Source: Lingula anatina (taxonomy: Eukaryota > Animalia > Brachiopoda). From it: DNA of 64,000 nt. Under the pieces are notes generated by a model, which saw only the letters and a program-made list of their open reading frames with translations, did not search any database and was not told the DNA's origin. Location: NCBI GenBank assembly GCA_051362555.1, contig CM120640.1:186001-250000 (forward strand). Direction: 5' to 3'. Each line of letters begins with the position of its first letter. Position 1 is the first letter of the stretch. The position numbers and the translations under genes are program-made. Below, in pieces: positions 25,824 to 40,100 of the stretch.

Positions 25824-27214
25824 TATTATAATTTATGTCATTGGAAAGCTGAAAAATATAAGCAGGGGTTAAAATAGTAATCAAATAAATAATGCAACCC
25901 ACTGTGCAATATAACCCTACCGGAAAATTGCAATTTACCTCTTTTTATATACCATAATAAAGGAACTTCCTACTGCAAGCAGGCAATGATGACTTTCTTT
26001 TACAAATATTGACTGTGTCTCATAGAGACCAAAGAACATCGTTGTTTGTCATGGTGAAACACATCCTGAAGTAAACAACTACTACTGCAAGAACAGACAG
26101 TTAGAAGAGCAGAGTAAAACTAAACAGTTCACAATTCATCTCTTTTTACAGGAAATAAAGGTCCTAGGGCAGTAGTTTTATTATTTAGGATGAAAAATGA
26201 CTAAATCTAGTTTCCTAGAAGCAAATCTATAACTGAGAAAGGATGACTAGGCAAACTGAGACATCTAACAAATTCCACTGTATACACATGATGGATGTTC
26301 AAGTGATGACTAGCGAGTTATATGTAGTGAGAGTTAAGAACAAGCTTGTACTGAGAACATGAGTTTGTAAAAATTGACTCTAGTACATTCTAGGCCTTAT
26401 GTCCAGGCCCAACCTGACCTCAGAGCTGCAAATATGTGATAAGGAATAACTGGGCATCTCTCACAGTTTTGGGGATAATTGCTCTGTGTCTTTGAAAAAT
26501 TCAAGGAGGTAAAAAAAAGCAAAAATCAATAGTTTAGATATAATTCTAAGTTGTATTACATCCAACATTGTCTACTTTCAATGCCTTTTTACAATAAACA
26601 AAATCTATAGAATTAAGGAATTTGAAAAGTACATGATATCATTTATTTTGTTTAATGTTTAAAAATACACTCCTTCCTTTCTATAATTAATCTACTGGTT
26701 GCAAACAATTTTGATAAAAGATTTCTATTCTGCTAAGTAATCACCCAAGAATGTTTCTTAGTCAATAGTAAATATCCAAAGTAAGGTTAACTAGTAACTA
26801 CATCAATGCTTGGTTTTGGCTGCGGAACATGACCTGAACTCAGGTAACATTATTCCAGGACGAAAATATTTAGCAAAATGTTAAAATCTGAAACATTTCA
26901 AGACTTAATTGCTTTGATGATTTAAAATAAAGCAAAGATAAAGAAGTAATCAGCGATGACGGCCAACAGTACTTTTCAAGTTCTTTTAAACATACAATTT
27001 TCATGCCACTCTGTGTTAGTTTCCTCTCAGGCCGTCTTCGTGTCAAACTCAACTTCAGTCAACAATCAAGTTATCGTCTCACACAACAAACAATCATCTG
27101 TGCGTGAGTATGTATGGAGCTATGCATAAATTGTACTGATCAACTAATCAGCATAAATAACACGTATGTAAACACTTACATATATGATCCACGAGTAAAA
27201 TCATTTATCGGTAT

Positions 27215-27355
27215 ATTTACCTGTCTCACTTCTGCCAACAAAACAAAATGGCGAGTTCCATAGGTCACATGATCAGTACGGTAATTCGTGAACCTGCCGC
27301 CAGAGGTCACTCAGTTGTAAACCTTCCAGACAGGAATAAAATTTGTGGTGAGTAT
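27215..27355. promoter_or_regulatory. Putative compact bidirectional promoter CCDC186/TDRD1
   Basis: Minus-strand donor CAG|GTAAAT near 27220 and plus-strand donor GTG|GTGAGT near 27347 about 130 bp apart; YY1-like AAAATGGCG near 27245; CTCF-like CCGCCAGAGGTCAC near 27297. Confidence 0.55.
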
Positions 27356-28283
27356 TTGCCTCTTCTAATTAACTTCCAAAAATGCATTAAAGTACATTGG
27401 AAGAGGGCGTTTGTGTGGATTTATGTGTTGGTGTATTTTGTAAATTGTCAGCGCCCTGAAGTTTCAAGAATTCAACATGACTGTCGCTGTCAGTTTCACT
27501 GAGCTCTGCACGTGCTACAGTGGCCGCGACATACACGGGTATGTGGCCTCAGTTAATAACAGTTTTCGACTTTATTGTTTCCATGCTACGCGATAAACAC
27601 CTGGCATGTAAGGTCGAACACTGAGGAGACGTATGAAGGATGCACATTACGGGAATTTGACATATATGTATGGCCTTTATGAGTATGCAGTCTTGGGGAA
27701 CGTTCTGAGTGTATTGTCAATTACAGAAATGCTAGACCACGGGGACTCCCGCTGAATGCAGTCAGATTCACAGTCTGAAATGCCACTTTCTGACATTGAG
27801 TAGAATACAGAGAAGTTGGTGATGTTCCAAGCACGTTGGAAACAAGAGTAGGCATGTTAGTTTATTAATTTGATTGCTTTCAGCGAGAGTCCCCGTGGAG
27901 TTAGCGTGTATTAGTTATAGCTAGGTGGACATAACTCATTCTGAACACTCCCTTATATGTACTCTTTAATTTGTTAAAATTATGGTATTCATTCTGTCAC
28001 TGCAGTACTTGCATGTAAGGCAAAAGTTTCTACTTTTGGGTTATTCGATCAGTAGTCACACTTGTTAAGCTAGCTGCTATCCTCTACCAGGGCCACAGAT
28101 TGATTTCTTCACTAGATATTCATAGATATGTCTCTGGTTAAATAGATGGCTATCTCTGTACTGTGATAGAGAAGAGAACATATTTTCTGCAGGCCTGGTA
28201 AAGGGAACTCAGCTGTCACTTTGATAGGTTAATGAACCTAAAATCCACATAAAACAACTCAAGATATAGCCATACTACTCTAA

Positions 28284-28976
28284 GACCCCATTCCCAGAGA
28301 TTAGATCAATCCAACAAGATCGACCTAAATAGCTGTTAGCCGAGTGGGCATGAAAGTTAATTACCCCCTTACAGCTTGTAGAAGCGGGACGGACATTTAA
28401 GCCAGATTCCCGGATTATCTGACAGTAATCTAGTGAGACTCCCCACGGAGATAGATTGATCTAAAATCTATGGGAATGCGCCCAAAGACTGGGTTCCCAT
28501 GCCTAGATCGATCCATCTGGATTGGTCTAACTCCCTGGGGAGTCTCACTAAATTGATAGCACTTAAGTGAGACTCCCCAGGGAGATAGATCGATCCAAAT
28601 ATCCGTGGGAAAAGTCCCTAAGAAAGAAGAATGTTAATCAACAATTTTTCTTAGAAATTATCAAATGGCTTAATTATTTATCTAAATCTCTGGGAATGCA
28701 CCCTAATATCGTCGAAAAATATGTTTTATCTTTTTTTAGACGTATATTTGGGGTGTATTCCCAGAGATTTAGATGGATCCAGAGATTAAGATTTAGATGG
28801 ACCTAACTCCCTAGGGGTTGACGCTAAATTGCAGTCAGCCGAGCGCGCATGTAAGTTAATTACCCCCTTACAGCTTTCAGTAGGTGGGACAGACGCTTAA
28901 GCCGGCTTAGCTGACAGTAATCTAGTGAGACTCCCCACAGGGATAGATCGATCTAAAATCTATGGAAATGGGGTAT
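28284..28976. mobile_element. Cluster of MITE family copies (28284-28483, 28487-28618 internally deleted, 28680-28703 end fragment, 28751-28976)
   Basis: Termini GACCCCATTCCC / GGGAATGCGCCC and GACTGGGTTCCC / GGGAAAAGTCCC, flanked by TAA. Confidence 0.8.
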
Positions 28977-29654
28977 AAATATTTTTTAGCAAGCATACTC
29001 CTATACATGCAGAATTTTCAATAATGACAGGCAAATCACTTTGAACCTATATATGTAAATTTTTATATAATGATAGGCAAGACACTTTGAACCTATATAT
29101 GTAAATTTTTATATAATGGTTTCTTGCAACTAATAGTTCAAGTATTCGGTTACTATGGATACAGACAAGCATTATAGTTCAAGTGTGTGGTGTTGTCAAG
29201 TAACTGTATCCTCAAAGTAACAGTATACGCCATATAAGATTGACAGCTGTTGACCTTAAGGTCATATCCTAGTAGCAATGTGTTGTATGTATCTTAGCAC
29301 ACATATAATAGAAAATAAAGCAGTTGCTGAAGGTTCCATTCCACTTGAGAGTTGTTCTACCTGTAACATGGTTCTCACACATGATAGCATTCATTTAAAG
29401 AACACAGAAACTATTTCATCTTATAACTTTTTTATTGAGACATAGGATTTCGAATGGGGAAGGCATTCCTGAATAAGGTAATAAAAAGTGATGGTGATAA
29501 TGGTGTATATATACAGTGTAGTAGTATATATGTGATTTCACGGGAATTGATCTGTGTCTGTGTTTATTTTTAGGGCCATTATTTTCCCTCATTTGAAAAT
29601 ATAGACAGTGATTGTGAGAGAACTTAAGCAGAGGAAAATATCACGGCAGAAACC

Positions 29655-32600
29655 ATGGCTACTGCTGGCACACAACAGAGGTAAGCCATATTTACTTGTT
29701 TGTAACCTATATAGCTAGGTGCTTTCATGAAAAATGTTTATAAAGTGTAGAAATGTTTACATATCTGTAGACACCATGTTTTTATAGAAATGTTATACAG
29801 TAAGAATATTAAAATTTATCATGTTGATTATTTTTCAGTTGTCCCTTTGATGGCTGGGACCCCATGGAAGAAGATTATCAAGACCCCAGTTTTAACAGTT
29901 ATGATACAGGACCTGGTAGAAACCTGCCTCCACCCTCAACACTGTAATTACGTCTTCTTTGATTCAGTTTTCCAAATTATAATTTTTTTCTTTGATTCTA
30001 TTTTCTATGGATTCTCAATAACCATATTATTTTATTGCAAGTCTTCCTCTTCATGACAATGGCAAAAACACTGGGTTTGACCTTTGTATGTTTTGTTGTG
30101 TTGTCATTAAACTGTTTAACTATATTGTGTCTCAAATACTAAAACAAAAGTCCACATGTATTGATATAAGGTTCCACATTGTTTCACATTGTTTTCCAGA
30201 ACAGAGCGAGATGATGGGACAGTCCAGCTGTATGTAGTGGGCATACCTAATGAACTGAATGAGGTACTGGGTTTGGATAGATCAGTACTCTGTCTACATG
30301 GCACAGTTGTATGGTGGTGATATTATCACTGATACTCTGTCTACATGGCACAGTTGTATGATGGTGATATTATTACTGATACTCTGTCTACATGGCACTG
30401 TTGTATGATGGTGATATTATTACTGATACTCTGTCTACATGGCACAGTTGTATGATGGTGATATTATTACTGATACTCTGTCTACATGGCACAGTTGTAT
30501 GATGGTGATATTATTACTGATACTCTGTCTACATGGCACAGTTGTATGATGGTGATATTATTACTGATACTCTGTCTACATGGCACAGTTGTATGATGGT
30601 GATATTATTACTGAAATAGTTCACTCTTCATTGTTCACTTTATGAAAATGGAAAAATAGCTTTAGTGAATTGATATGTTTTTGACAGATGTTAAAGGGAT
30701 AATAACTCTTCGTATGAGATCTATATTTCACAATAAAAACATAGTGAATAACTCATAGAAATATAATATATTCCGTTTTACGACAAAAACAGCAGTTATA
30801 GCTATTATTCTGATATCTGAGCTTGTCTTCAGATCACGTGTCCTCCATTGATGGCTATGCTCTGTTATAATCTCTTAAGAGATTTTAATAAAAAACCAAA
30901 CTTTTTAGAAAAAAACCAGGGACTAACTTTGAATGTAAAAATGGATTCATTAACCATTGGTAAGTAAATTGGGAAAATTGTTGTTTACTCCAGGAAAATT
31001 CATTTTTTGTCCAAAATGAAGAGTTATTATCCCTTTAACTATAGTATACATGTACCATTATGTGTCTTTATTCCTTTGATAATATCTAGATATAATTCCA
31101 GGAAGGACTAAGGAATCTTTTCTCTGACGATGGACAACTGAAAGTCTTGCAAGCTAACAAAGTGAAATCTAAACAGCCTCAGAGAGGGGACACATTTGGG
31201 TAGGGTTTGATATAGAACTTTATAGATAGCTGTAGAAACCAGAACTCTATAAAAAGCTATAAAATCTGGAACTCGGTATATAGTTGTAGAACTTGGAACT
31301 CTGTAGATAGCTGTAGAAACTGGAACCCTATAGATAACTGTAGAAACCAGAACTCTATAGAAAGCTATAGGAAGTGGAACTCTGTAGATACTTGTCGAAA
31401 CTTGGAACTCTATAGATAGCACTAGAAACTGGAACTCTGTTGATGGCTATATGTTTGTTCATGAAGAACTTGTTGTATAACATCATGCAGAATTTAATAA
31501 GTGCTGTCTTACCTGAGGAAGTTTACTGACCCAGTGGGTGTGACAGACTGTTTTATTCTGGGAACTGAAAAAGAGATGAAATATATATTATGATTTTAAG
31601 TAAAAATTTGGTAACATATAAGTATTTAAATAAATAATGATGGGAGTAATTGATGGATGTACTAAATCAAACATATGTAAAAACTTCTTTTTCTGACCAA
31701 GTAAATATATATGAATTATTTTTTCCCCAAGCTTTGTGAAATATGGGAGTGTGAGGGAAGCTGAGTTGGCCATAAGGAAGTTTGACCAGTTCAGAATTGG
31801 ACCGTTTAGACTGAGGGTGAAAGTGGCGCTTTCAGATGAAAAGAGGGCTGCAAGAAGAAAGGAAAAAGAGGTAAATATACATCTGGCAAAGTGGGGTTGT
31901 TACAGGTGTGCTGATAATTCCTCTTCCCCACCCCCACCCCACCAACCCCCAGCCATTATCCCTCTCCCCCACCTCCACCCCACCAACCCCACCCCACCAA
32001 CCCCCAGCCATTATCCCTCTCCCCCACCCCCACCCCACCAACCCCCAGCCATTATCCCTCTCCCCCACCCCCACCCAACCCCACCAACCCCCAGCCATTA
32101 TCCCTCTCCCCCACCCCCACCCCCACCCCACCAACCCCCAGCCATTATCCCTCTCCCCCACCCCCACCCCCACCCCACCAACCCCCAGCCATTATCCCTC
32201 TCCCCCACCCCCACCCAACCCCACCAACCCCCAGCCATTATCCCTCTCCCCCACCCCCAGCCCACCAACCCACAGCCATTATCCCTCTCCCCCACCCCCA
32301 GCCCACCAACCCCCAGCCATTATCCCTCTCCCCCACCCCCCACCCCCACCCCACCAACCCCCAGCCATTATCCCTCTCCCCCACCCCCCACCCCCAGCCC
32401 ACCAACCCCCAGCCATTATCCCTCTCCCCCACCCCCCACCCCCACCCCACCAACTCCCAGCCATTATCCCTCTCCCCCACCCCCACCCCACCAACCCCCA
32501 GCCATTATCCCTCTCCCCCACCCCCACCCCCAGCCCACCAACTCCCAGCCATTATCCCTCTCCCCCACCCCCAGCCCACCAACCCCCAGCCTCAAAACAG

Positions 32601-34073
32601 TTTAAAAAAAATAAAGATGTTTTGTGAATAGGTGTAGTATTTGTATGCCATCTTCATTATTAATATTAATTTCTGTAGATTTTTAATGTTATTATTTTAT
32701 ATCTTTAGGAAGAGGAAGAGTTTTTAAAATCATTGAACTGTGCCAAAACTGACCCTGATCAAGAAAAAAGAATGGAGCATGAGGTTGAGGAAGAAATTAG
32801 AAGGATGAGGTAAACTTACTGATTTTAAAAATGGGTGAATGGAGGTCTCTTTATTAAAGTTTGTCAAATGCAATCTGTTATTGATTTTTTTGTCATCTTA
32901 TGAAGAAAATAATTTCATTGAACAGTTTATTCCATTATTTTGTTTAGACTGTTTAAAACTACTAATTAGAATACAAACTGGATTGCTTTTATATTTAAAT
33001 ATAATGAAATGATTGCCCCAAAACTATACTTGGTCGTGTGTTATTTCAAATTTCAGACTTCAAAACCAAAGCAAAGCTGATTTTGTCATGAATTTCACAA
33101 CCAGGGAATCCCCTCTGCCATCAGCTCCCCCTGGTGGTCAGGTTGTAAACCAGGATAGGCCAGCACTTGGTATGTCATTTGTCCATTCAGCATCAGAGCT
33201 AAATCTCAGCACATTTGAAGAAAACTTATCTTTTTTGTTCTCCCATTGGTGGAAATGAGGGTTCTTTTATGAACAAGGAACTAATTTTGTCCATTTTTAG
33301 CCAATTTTCTGTCTTGTCTACAGATTCTGTGTCCCCTGAGACAGGACGATACACTCCTGTAGACTCTGGCTACCATAGTGGTGAGACAAGGACACAGACC
33401 AATGCCATATATCTGGGTGGGGATGGAGACCATCATAGGGAACATAGTATTGGGAATCATGCCATAGGTAACTAATGCACATAATTTACCTGTTAGGAGA
33501 GAGTTGTATGAACACCTGAAGTGTTCCAGCATATTTGATGATTGCATTTAGCCTGTCTTAGACTGGGTTCCAATACATTGACCAATCTAACAAGATCGAT
33601 TGATGAAGCCACTTAACAATAATAAATTGCCCCCTAGCAGCTTCAGTAGTCATGACAGACATCTAAGTCGCTTTAGTGGATTGCAATTTAGCCAGAATCC
33701 CCTCAGAGATAGATCAATGCACAGATAGTATGATAGGGTCTGGGAATGGTCCTTTAGTTGAGAGTTGGGTGATATTCACTTTTACTACAAATAATTTTAC
33801 TTTTCAGATAAAAGTTCTCAGCCAGAGATCACATCACCCAACATGTCTGACCAATCAGCTGCTGGTAATGCAAAGAAGTGTTTGAAGTGTGGAGGACCTG
33901 GTAAGAAATGTGCACTAACTACATCTGTTTGGGGGGGTATACAGTGAGAAGTGTCTTGAATTTGGGTAATATGTACATCTTTATGTGGATGTCCATGGAG
34001 AATGGTGTATATATTTTTTTTTTTAATTTATTTATTTTTTTTTTTTGTGAAAGCCCATAGTAATTTTGACTGA

Positions 34074-34114
<41 letters not shown>

Positions 34115-37100
34115 CCCTTGGTCTCCAGGATTCTTGAGGTGTGGAGCATGCAAAAGCCCTTACTGTAGTCCTGCCTGCCAGAGGGAAGACTTCTCTGAGC
34201 ACAAGGTTCAGTGTAAGACAATCAGGTAAGATCTTCTGACAGTAGACTGGTCTAAATACAAGCAGCAGTGTAAGACAATCAGGTAAGATCTTCTGGCAGC
34301 AGAAATGAGAGAAAATGTCTCTTTTTGAACCTATTCACTAGTTAACCAATGCTTAATTGGTATGTAACCATGCAGGTGCTGCAGTGGAGGTGATTTGTGT
34401 ATAGTAGAACAGCGTGGAGAAGCTATGCCAAATATGTAAACTGTTTTTGATTGATTTTAGGGAAACTGCAGAATTAGCGGCACGGTTTGAAGTTAGCGTT
34501 GATGATGAAATGCAGGTAAGATAAAAAACCTGACAAAGAAATGTCTTTGATTTTTTTTCCTAAAAGATTACAAGTCTTTTGGCAAATTTGCAATTAATTT
34601 AGAGTAGGCCTGGGGTGAAAAATATCTGGAATTTAGTTGTTTCTGTTACAAACAGACATTAAAGGAATCCTTTTGTGCAGCAGCCCCTGGAGAAATTGCC
34701 TTAATTTCTTATGCACACTGCCACAGTGATCAGGGGGGTTAAACTCCCAAGAAGATTTGTTAATATTTGTCTCTATCACACTCAGTGCATTGAAAATAAT
34801 ATTTGTACCAAGTTACTACATATATCTTTTCTGTGAGAGAGGCAAAATGTCAGGGTTTTGAATGAACTCAACATACTTTCATCTTGGTAGTCAACTTGTT
34901 GATTGCCCTGCAATCTGATATAGACAACCTAAGAAGTGTACAGACATTACTAGTAAAGGTGTTAGGGTGCATTCCCAGAGATACAGATCGATCCAGAGAT
35001 TAAGATTTAGAACGACCTAACTCCTTGGGGGTTCACGCTAAATTGCAGTCAGCCAAGCGCACCATAGTTAATTACCCCCTTACAGCTTTTAGTAGGTGGG
35101 ACAGACGCTTAAGCCGGCTAAGCTGACAGTAATCTAGTGAGACTCCCCACAGGGTTAGATCGATCTAAATTCTATGGGAATGGGGTCTTAGACTTGTTAA
35201 AATCTGTTAACAGTTAGTTTAGAAGGGTCATTTCCAAACTGACTCTGCTTTGTTTTCTTATCAGATGATGAGATCTGGGACTGGGTTAGCTTACTAAAGA
35301 TACAGGATGAAGCCTGGACTTATACTGTCTGTTCATTATGTGATGTTTCTTAATGTGACTCCAGTCTGTGTTTTGTTTAATTCTTACTTGTAGCTTAGGT
35401 TTTAATCTCTGTTATTTCAGATGATGATTTGGCTATTACAGATGTCAAGTTGAAATCACCAAGGCATTCTTTCCATATGTAATTCATTCCCCCTGCACAC
35501 ATTATAAAGTCTTATTAGATGTAAGGCTCGCCATTGCTTCACATAAACAATTAACTTCCTGTAAACTAAGATATAGACACGTGTCTGCCAGCATCTCTAC
35601 TTGACTAGGGCTTCTCTTCACACACTTGCCTGTCTTGATTTCAGTATTTAGTGGGAGAATTACCACAGGTTTCTCTTGGTGATCCTACTGCCAGGGTCAA
35701 GTCACCTCTCAAGAGTATGACTGAGAGTTCTGACCCCCTTCCACAGAGAGCTGAGAGATCTGACCCCCTTCCACAGAGAGCTGAGAGGTCTGACACCCTT
35801 TCACAGAGAGCTGAGAGATCTGACCCCCCTCCAAGCACCAGGGGTGGGCCAGAGAAATACATGAGTGCCAAAATGACCAGAGTGAGCCTCCCACTCCAGA
35901 AGAAATGCCAAGTAAGTAAGGGTTAAGTTCAGTCTTTGACCCAAGAATTTTTCTATCCTAGGTTTGGTAAAGATGGGGAATTTGATATGATACATGGTAA
36001 TGCATAGGCTTACTTTACTAATCCAGCTGATAAAAGATGTTTGAAATGTGTTTATATATAGTGTACTGCCTTCTTTGAGACTTAGTTCTGTTCACCAATA
36101 TAATTTCCAGACTTGTTAATTAATTTTAATGAAGTCTTTTGCATGTGCACGTTAATTAATTTTAATGAAATCTTTTGCATGTGCACTTGACTCATTTTAT
36201 GGTCTTACGTGTAATTATATAACGCAAGTGGACATGTGCATTTTAAGTAATAAAGATTAGTATGCACCATTAAATAGTGCAGCATTCCATTTAGATAAGG
36301 AATTTGTATATAAGCAGTATTATCTGGGAGTTCAGAGAGAGCAGTTTGAGAGAGAGACCACGTAGGAGAGCTAAGAAGACAGATTCGAGCCATGGGAGAT
36401 GGTTCAGAAGTTGGAGATTTCACATAGATCATGTAGTTAGCAGGCATCATCAAATAAACTGTTAAACTGGTCATTATGTGTCCTTGGGTTTTCTTTGAGC
36501 AACTTACGTAAATCTGACACGAACCATGGAATCTTTAGATTGTGTTATCTGCTAAGTAAGTCGAAAATGTATTTCGAGCCTACGCTTCAGTTAGGCATAC
36601 TAGAATTAGGAGATTTCATTACATAAGTATAAAAATATCTTACAACTTGCTACACTGAGTTGTAGACCAGAGTGTCCAGGCAGATTTTTTTTATCAGTCA
36701 AGGTTAAAATTGAAATCTTAATTTCAACTTGAAATTCAGACCTTGCCTAGGTAGATTTTAAACCTGCCTTTGGGAGATTGAGATTTCAGTATTGCTCTGT
36801 CACATTTAAAATCTGCCTGCAACATATCTAAGAAGCTCTCACCATGGAAGATGGTTATCTTATTATCATCCTTTTTGATGCTCTTTGTTTTTTAACAGGT
36901 GAAAATCATAGATCTCAGCAGTCCCTCTGACCTGTGTGTGATATTCCCAGACAGTGTTCCCCAACTTGTCAAACTAATACAGGACATGAAGGAGGCACGT
37001 CACTGCAGCATTGTGGGACACATTCACAACAAACTTGATCCGCGGACTAACAGATTTGTAGGGAATCTATTAAGTGTTTATTAGGGGTTTATGCAACAAG

Positions 37101-40100
37101 CTTTCAAGTGGTTCGGCCATATTTAACAGTTAGTCTGCAGATCAATTTTGTTGTGAATACAACCATAATGCACTAATTCTATCTCTTATTTATCAACAGT
37201 TGACATGAGTTCTTTTGTTTTCAATCAATAATTGGTATGTAGAACAATTTATTAGCCATTGTATAATAACAATTTGATGCGTGAAGTATCTTAGATATCA
37301 GTGAAATATGATGTTAAGTTTAATATGCAGTTGAGGTGCGGCTGGAGATGCTGCCTATTGATTTAATCATGTGAAGTCTTGTGTTATCTTGTAGTATTAC
37401 AGTGGTACCACTAACATTGGTCCTGGTGCCTATGTACCATCAGTGGGTGAGGTATGTGCTGTCCAGTATGCAGTGGACGGTGGTTGGTACAGGGCAATGG
37501 TGGAGGAGATCACACTAAATGGCCAGGTCAGGGTGAGATATCAAGACTATGGCAATGTGGAGGAGAGACCAGTGATGTATACCAGGAAACTGCTGCCAGA
37601 GTTCACACAGCTGCCACTACAGGTACTGTAGGAGGAGCCACTGGTGGCCCTTCATCTTCTCGTCACTTTTATTGAGATTGACATCAAAATTCAGGAATTA
37701 TTCGGTTCATTGTATTAGAGTGATAGCTTCACCAGGTGAATTTGTGGTTACAGGTGTTAAATGGTGCAGTTGTTTACGATGAGAAGTTCTTATTGATTTT
37801 TGTGTCCTGTTTGCAGGGTATGCGTTGCTGTATAGCTAATGTAGCGCCAGTCCAAGGAAGTGACTGGAGTGACCATGTGACCAGTGAGCTGAAAACAGTT
37901 GTAGACAGTCTGGGAGGGTTGTTTGACGTCGTTTGTGAACAAGTTGTTAATGGAATAAGTCATATACAGCTGCTGACAGAGGAAGGAGGTGAGGGGTTTG
38001 GTGGGCACAGGAGTTGAGAATCTCTACTGAAACTTACGTGATTTATTTTCTTGATTTAACTGATTTTGTCCTTTGCTATGAAACCATTTGATTTTACTTT
38101 CCTTGATAACTGTAAAGACAGCAGGAGACTTAAATGGCTCCTGACAAATTTCAACTGCAATTCAGCATTTCTAGTTGCTTTCAAAACATGTTTATTGACA
38201 TGAAGTTAACTTTAAGTCCTCTTGGAATTTGCTCTGGTAAATGTAATCATGTCATTTTGTTCTTTATTGATGAAGTACGGCAGTGAGTATATTTGCTCGC
38301 AAAAGTAGTCTAACAGACAGGACCTCGCATTAAAAACTGTTAATATTGCTCATTGTACATAGGAAATGTTGGAGAGGCCTTGATCTACCAGAATATGGCA
38401 AGACAGTCTTCAGAGGAAGTGCTGTATGATGCTGCCCTGGCAACTTCCTCAGCAGAGACTGAACAGAATATGGCAAGGCAGTCTTCAGAGGAAGTGTATG
38501 CTGCTACCATGGCAACTTCCTCAGTAGAGACTGAACAAAATATGGCAAGGCAGTCTCCAGAAGTGCCGTATGCTGCCCAGAAGACAACCCTCTCTGTGGA
38601 ATCTGAACAGTGGGGACAGTCACCAAACAGGTAACCCTGACAGTACATGTATCTGCTTTATTGATATAAACTGCTCAGGAGGAATACTTCCATGGAGGAG
38701 AATATACCAGCTGTTACAAGGAAAGTGGAATGAAAATTTTACTTGTAAATACCTGAGTAAAATGTGTTTCATTAGAAACAGGTAGGATAGTGATGGTTTA
38801 TTTATCTGTTTAACATGTTAAGAAAAGGTAATGGACAGAATGTCATGGAAATCTTTCATTTCAGTTCTACCTCGCTGGACACTATATATCTTAGTCTCCT
38901 GCAGTCTGCGCTGTCCATGCTGAAAATAAACGAGCCATTTGATGCAGCAGTATTCCACATAGAGACGTCTGAAGTGTTCTATATTCACCATATTGATGAA
39001 ACCTTTGTGGCATTGAGTCTAGCCATGAATGAAAAATACAACACCATGTCTACACAGCAGACTTACAGGTAACTTGTGTTGTTAATAGTCCTATGTTAAA
39101 GCTGTTTAATTTTAAACTGTTCCACTTGATTTCCTCTGGTTAAGTTTTGCCAAGAAACAATTCTCTTGTCATGGAGCTATTGATTAAGTATTACAGATAA
39201 ATTTTGTTTTCAATAATTTGTCCTGTGGCATCTTCAATTAAAATAAGTGAGCTCAGGATGATTTGATAGAAGTAACAGTTTGGTGATATATCCCCACAAT
39301 TTCTTCATCTACTTGTATCTGCAGGTTCAAGTCTGGTGATATGGTGGCAGCCCAGTGGCAGGGGGCCTGGTACAGAGCTCTGGTGCTGGCAGATATGGCA
39401 TCCACATCTAAGGTGTTCTACTTGGATTACGGGAACACAGAGGAGGTCAGCAATACTGCCATACGCCCCCTGCTGGAGGATTTTGCTGACCACCCACCTA
39501 AGGCTATCAGGTGCAGCCTGGCAGGGGTGAAGATTTGGGCAAAAAACCCTCAGGTGCCCCACGCAGTCCAACAGGTGCTCCAGGAGAAGCTGGTAGAGAA
39601 AGTAGTCAAGGTTAACATGGTGTCCACTGATGATAACAGAGCTTTGGTTAAACTGACACTTGATGATGGAACAGACGTTGGACGTTTTCTGGTGGACAGT
39701 GGATTTGCTACATGTACTGACACCAACCAAGTCACAGAACAAAGTGAGGAGTCTAATATGTCGCCATTGGTGACTGCCCAAACAAAAGAGAGCCCGAAAT
39801 CAGCTACGTCCCCCACACTGCCAGTAGTGAGGAGAGGAGCCAGATCTCCACTTTCCTGTATCACTAGTGAACTGTCTCTACCACCTGTGTCAAAGTCTCC
39901 ACCCTGTGTGTCAGGAGCAAGATCACCTCTGTCTGTGTCAAAATCTCCACCTTGTGTGTCAGGAGCTAGATCACCTCTGTATGAAGACCGTAGTCCAAAT
40001 TCTTCGTCTAATGTGCTCAGAGCTAGAACTCCTCCATCCCCAAGACCTGCTGTTACTGGGGCCAGAGCACCGGCATTTCCCAGAGACACTCAAAGAAAGA

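Noticed and set aside
31871-32627. Proline/histidine-rich extensin-like ORFs
   Set aside because: Translate an intronic C-rich minisatellite after a clear donor at 31871
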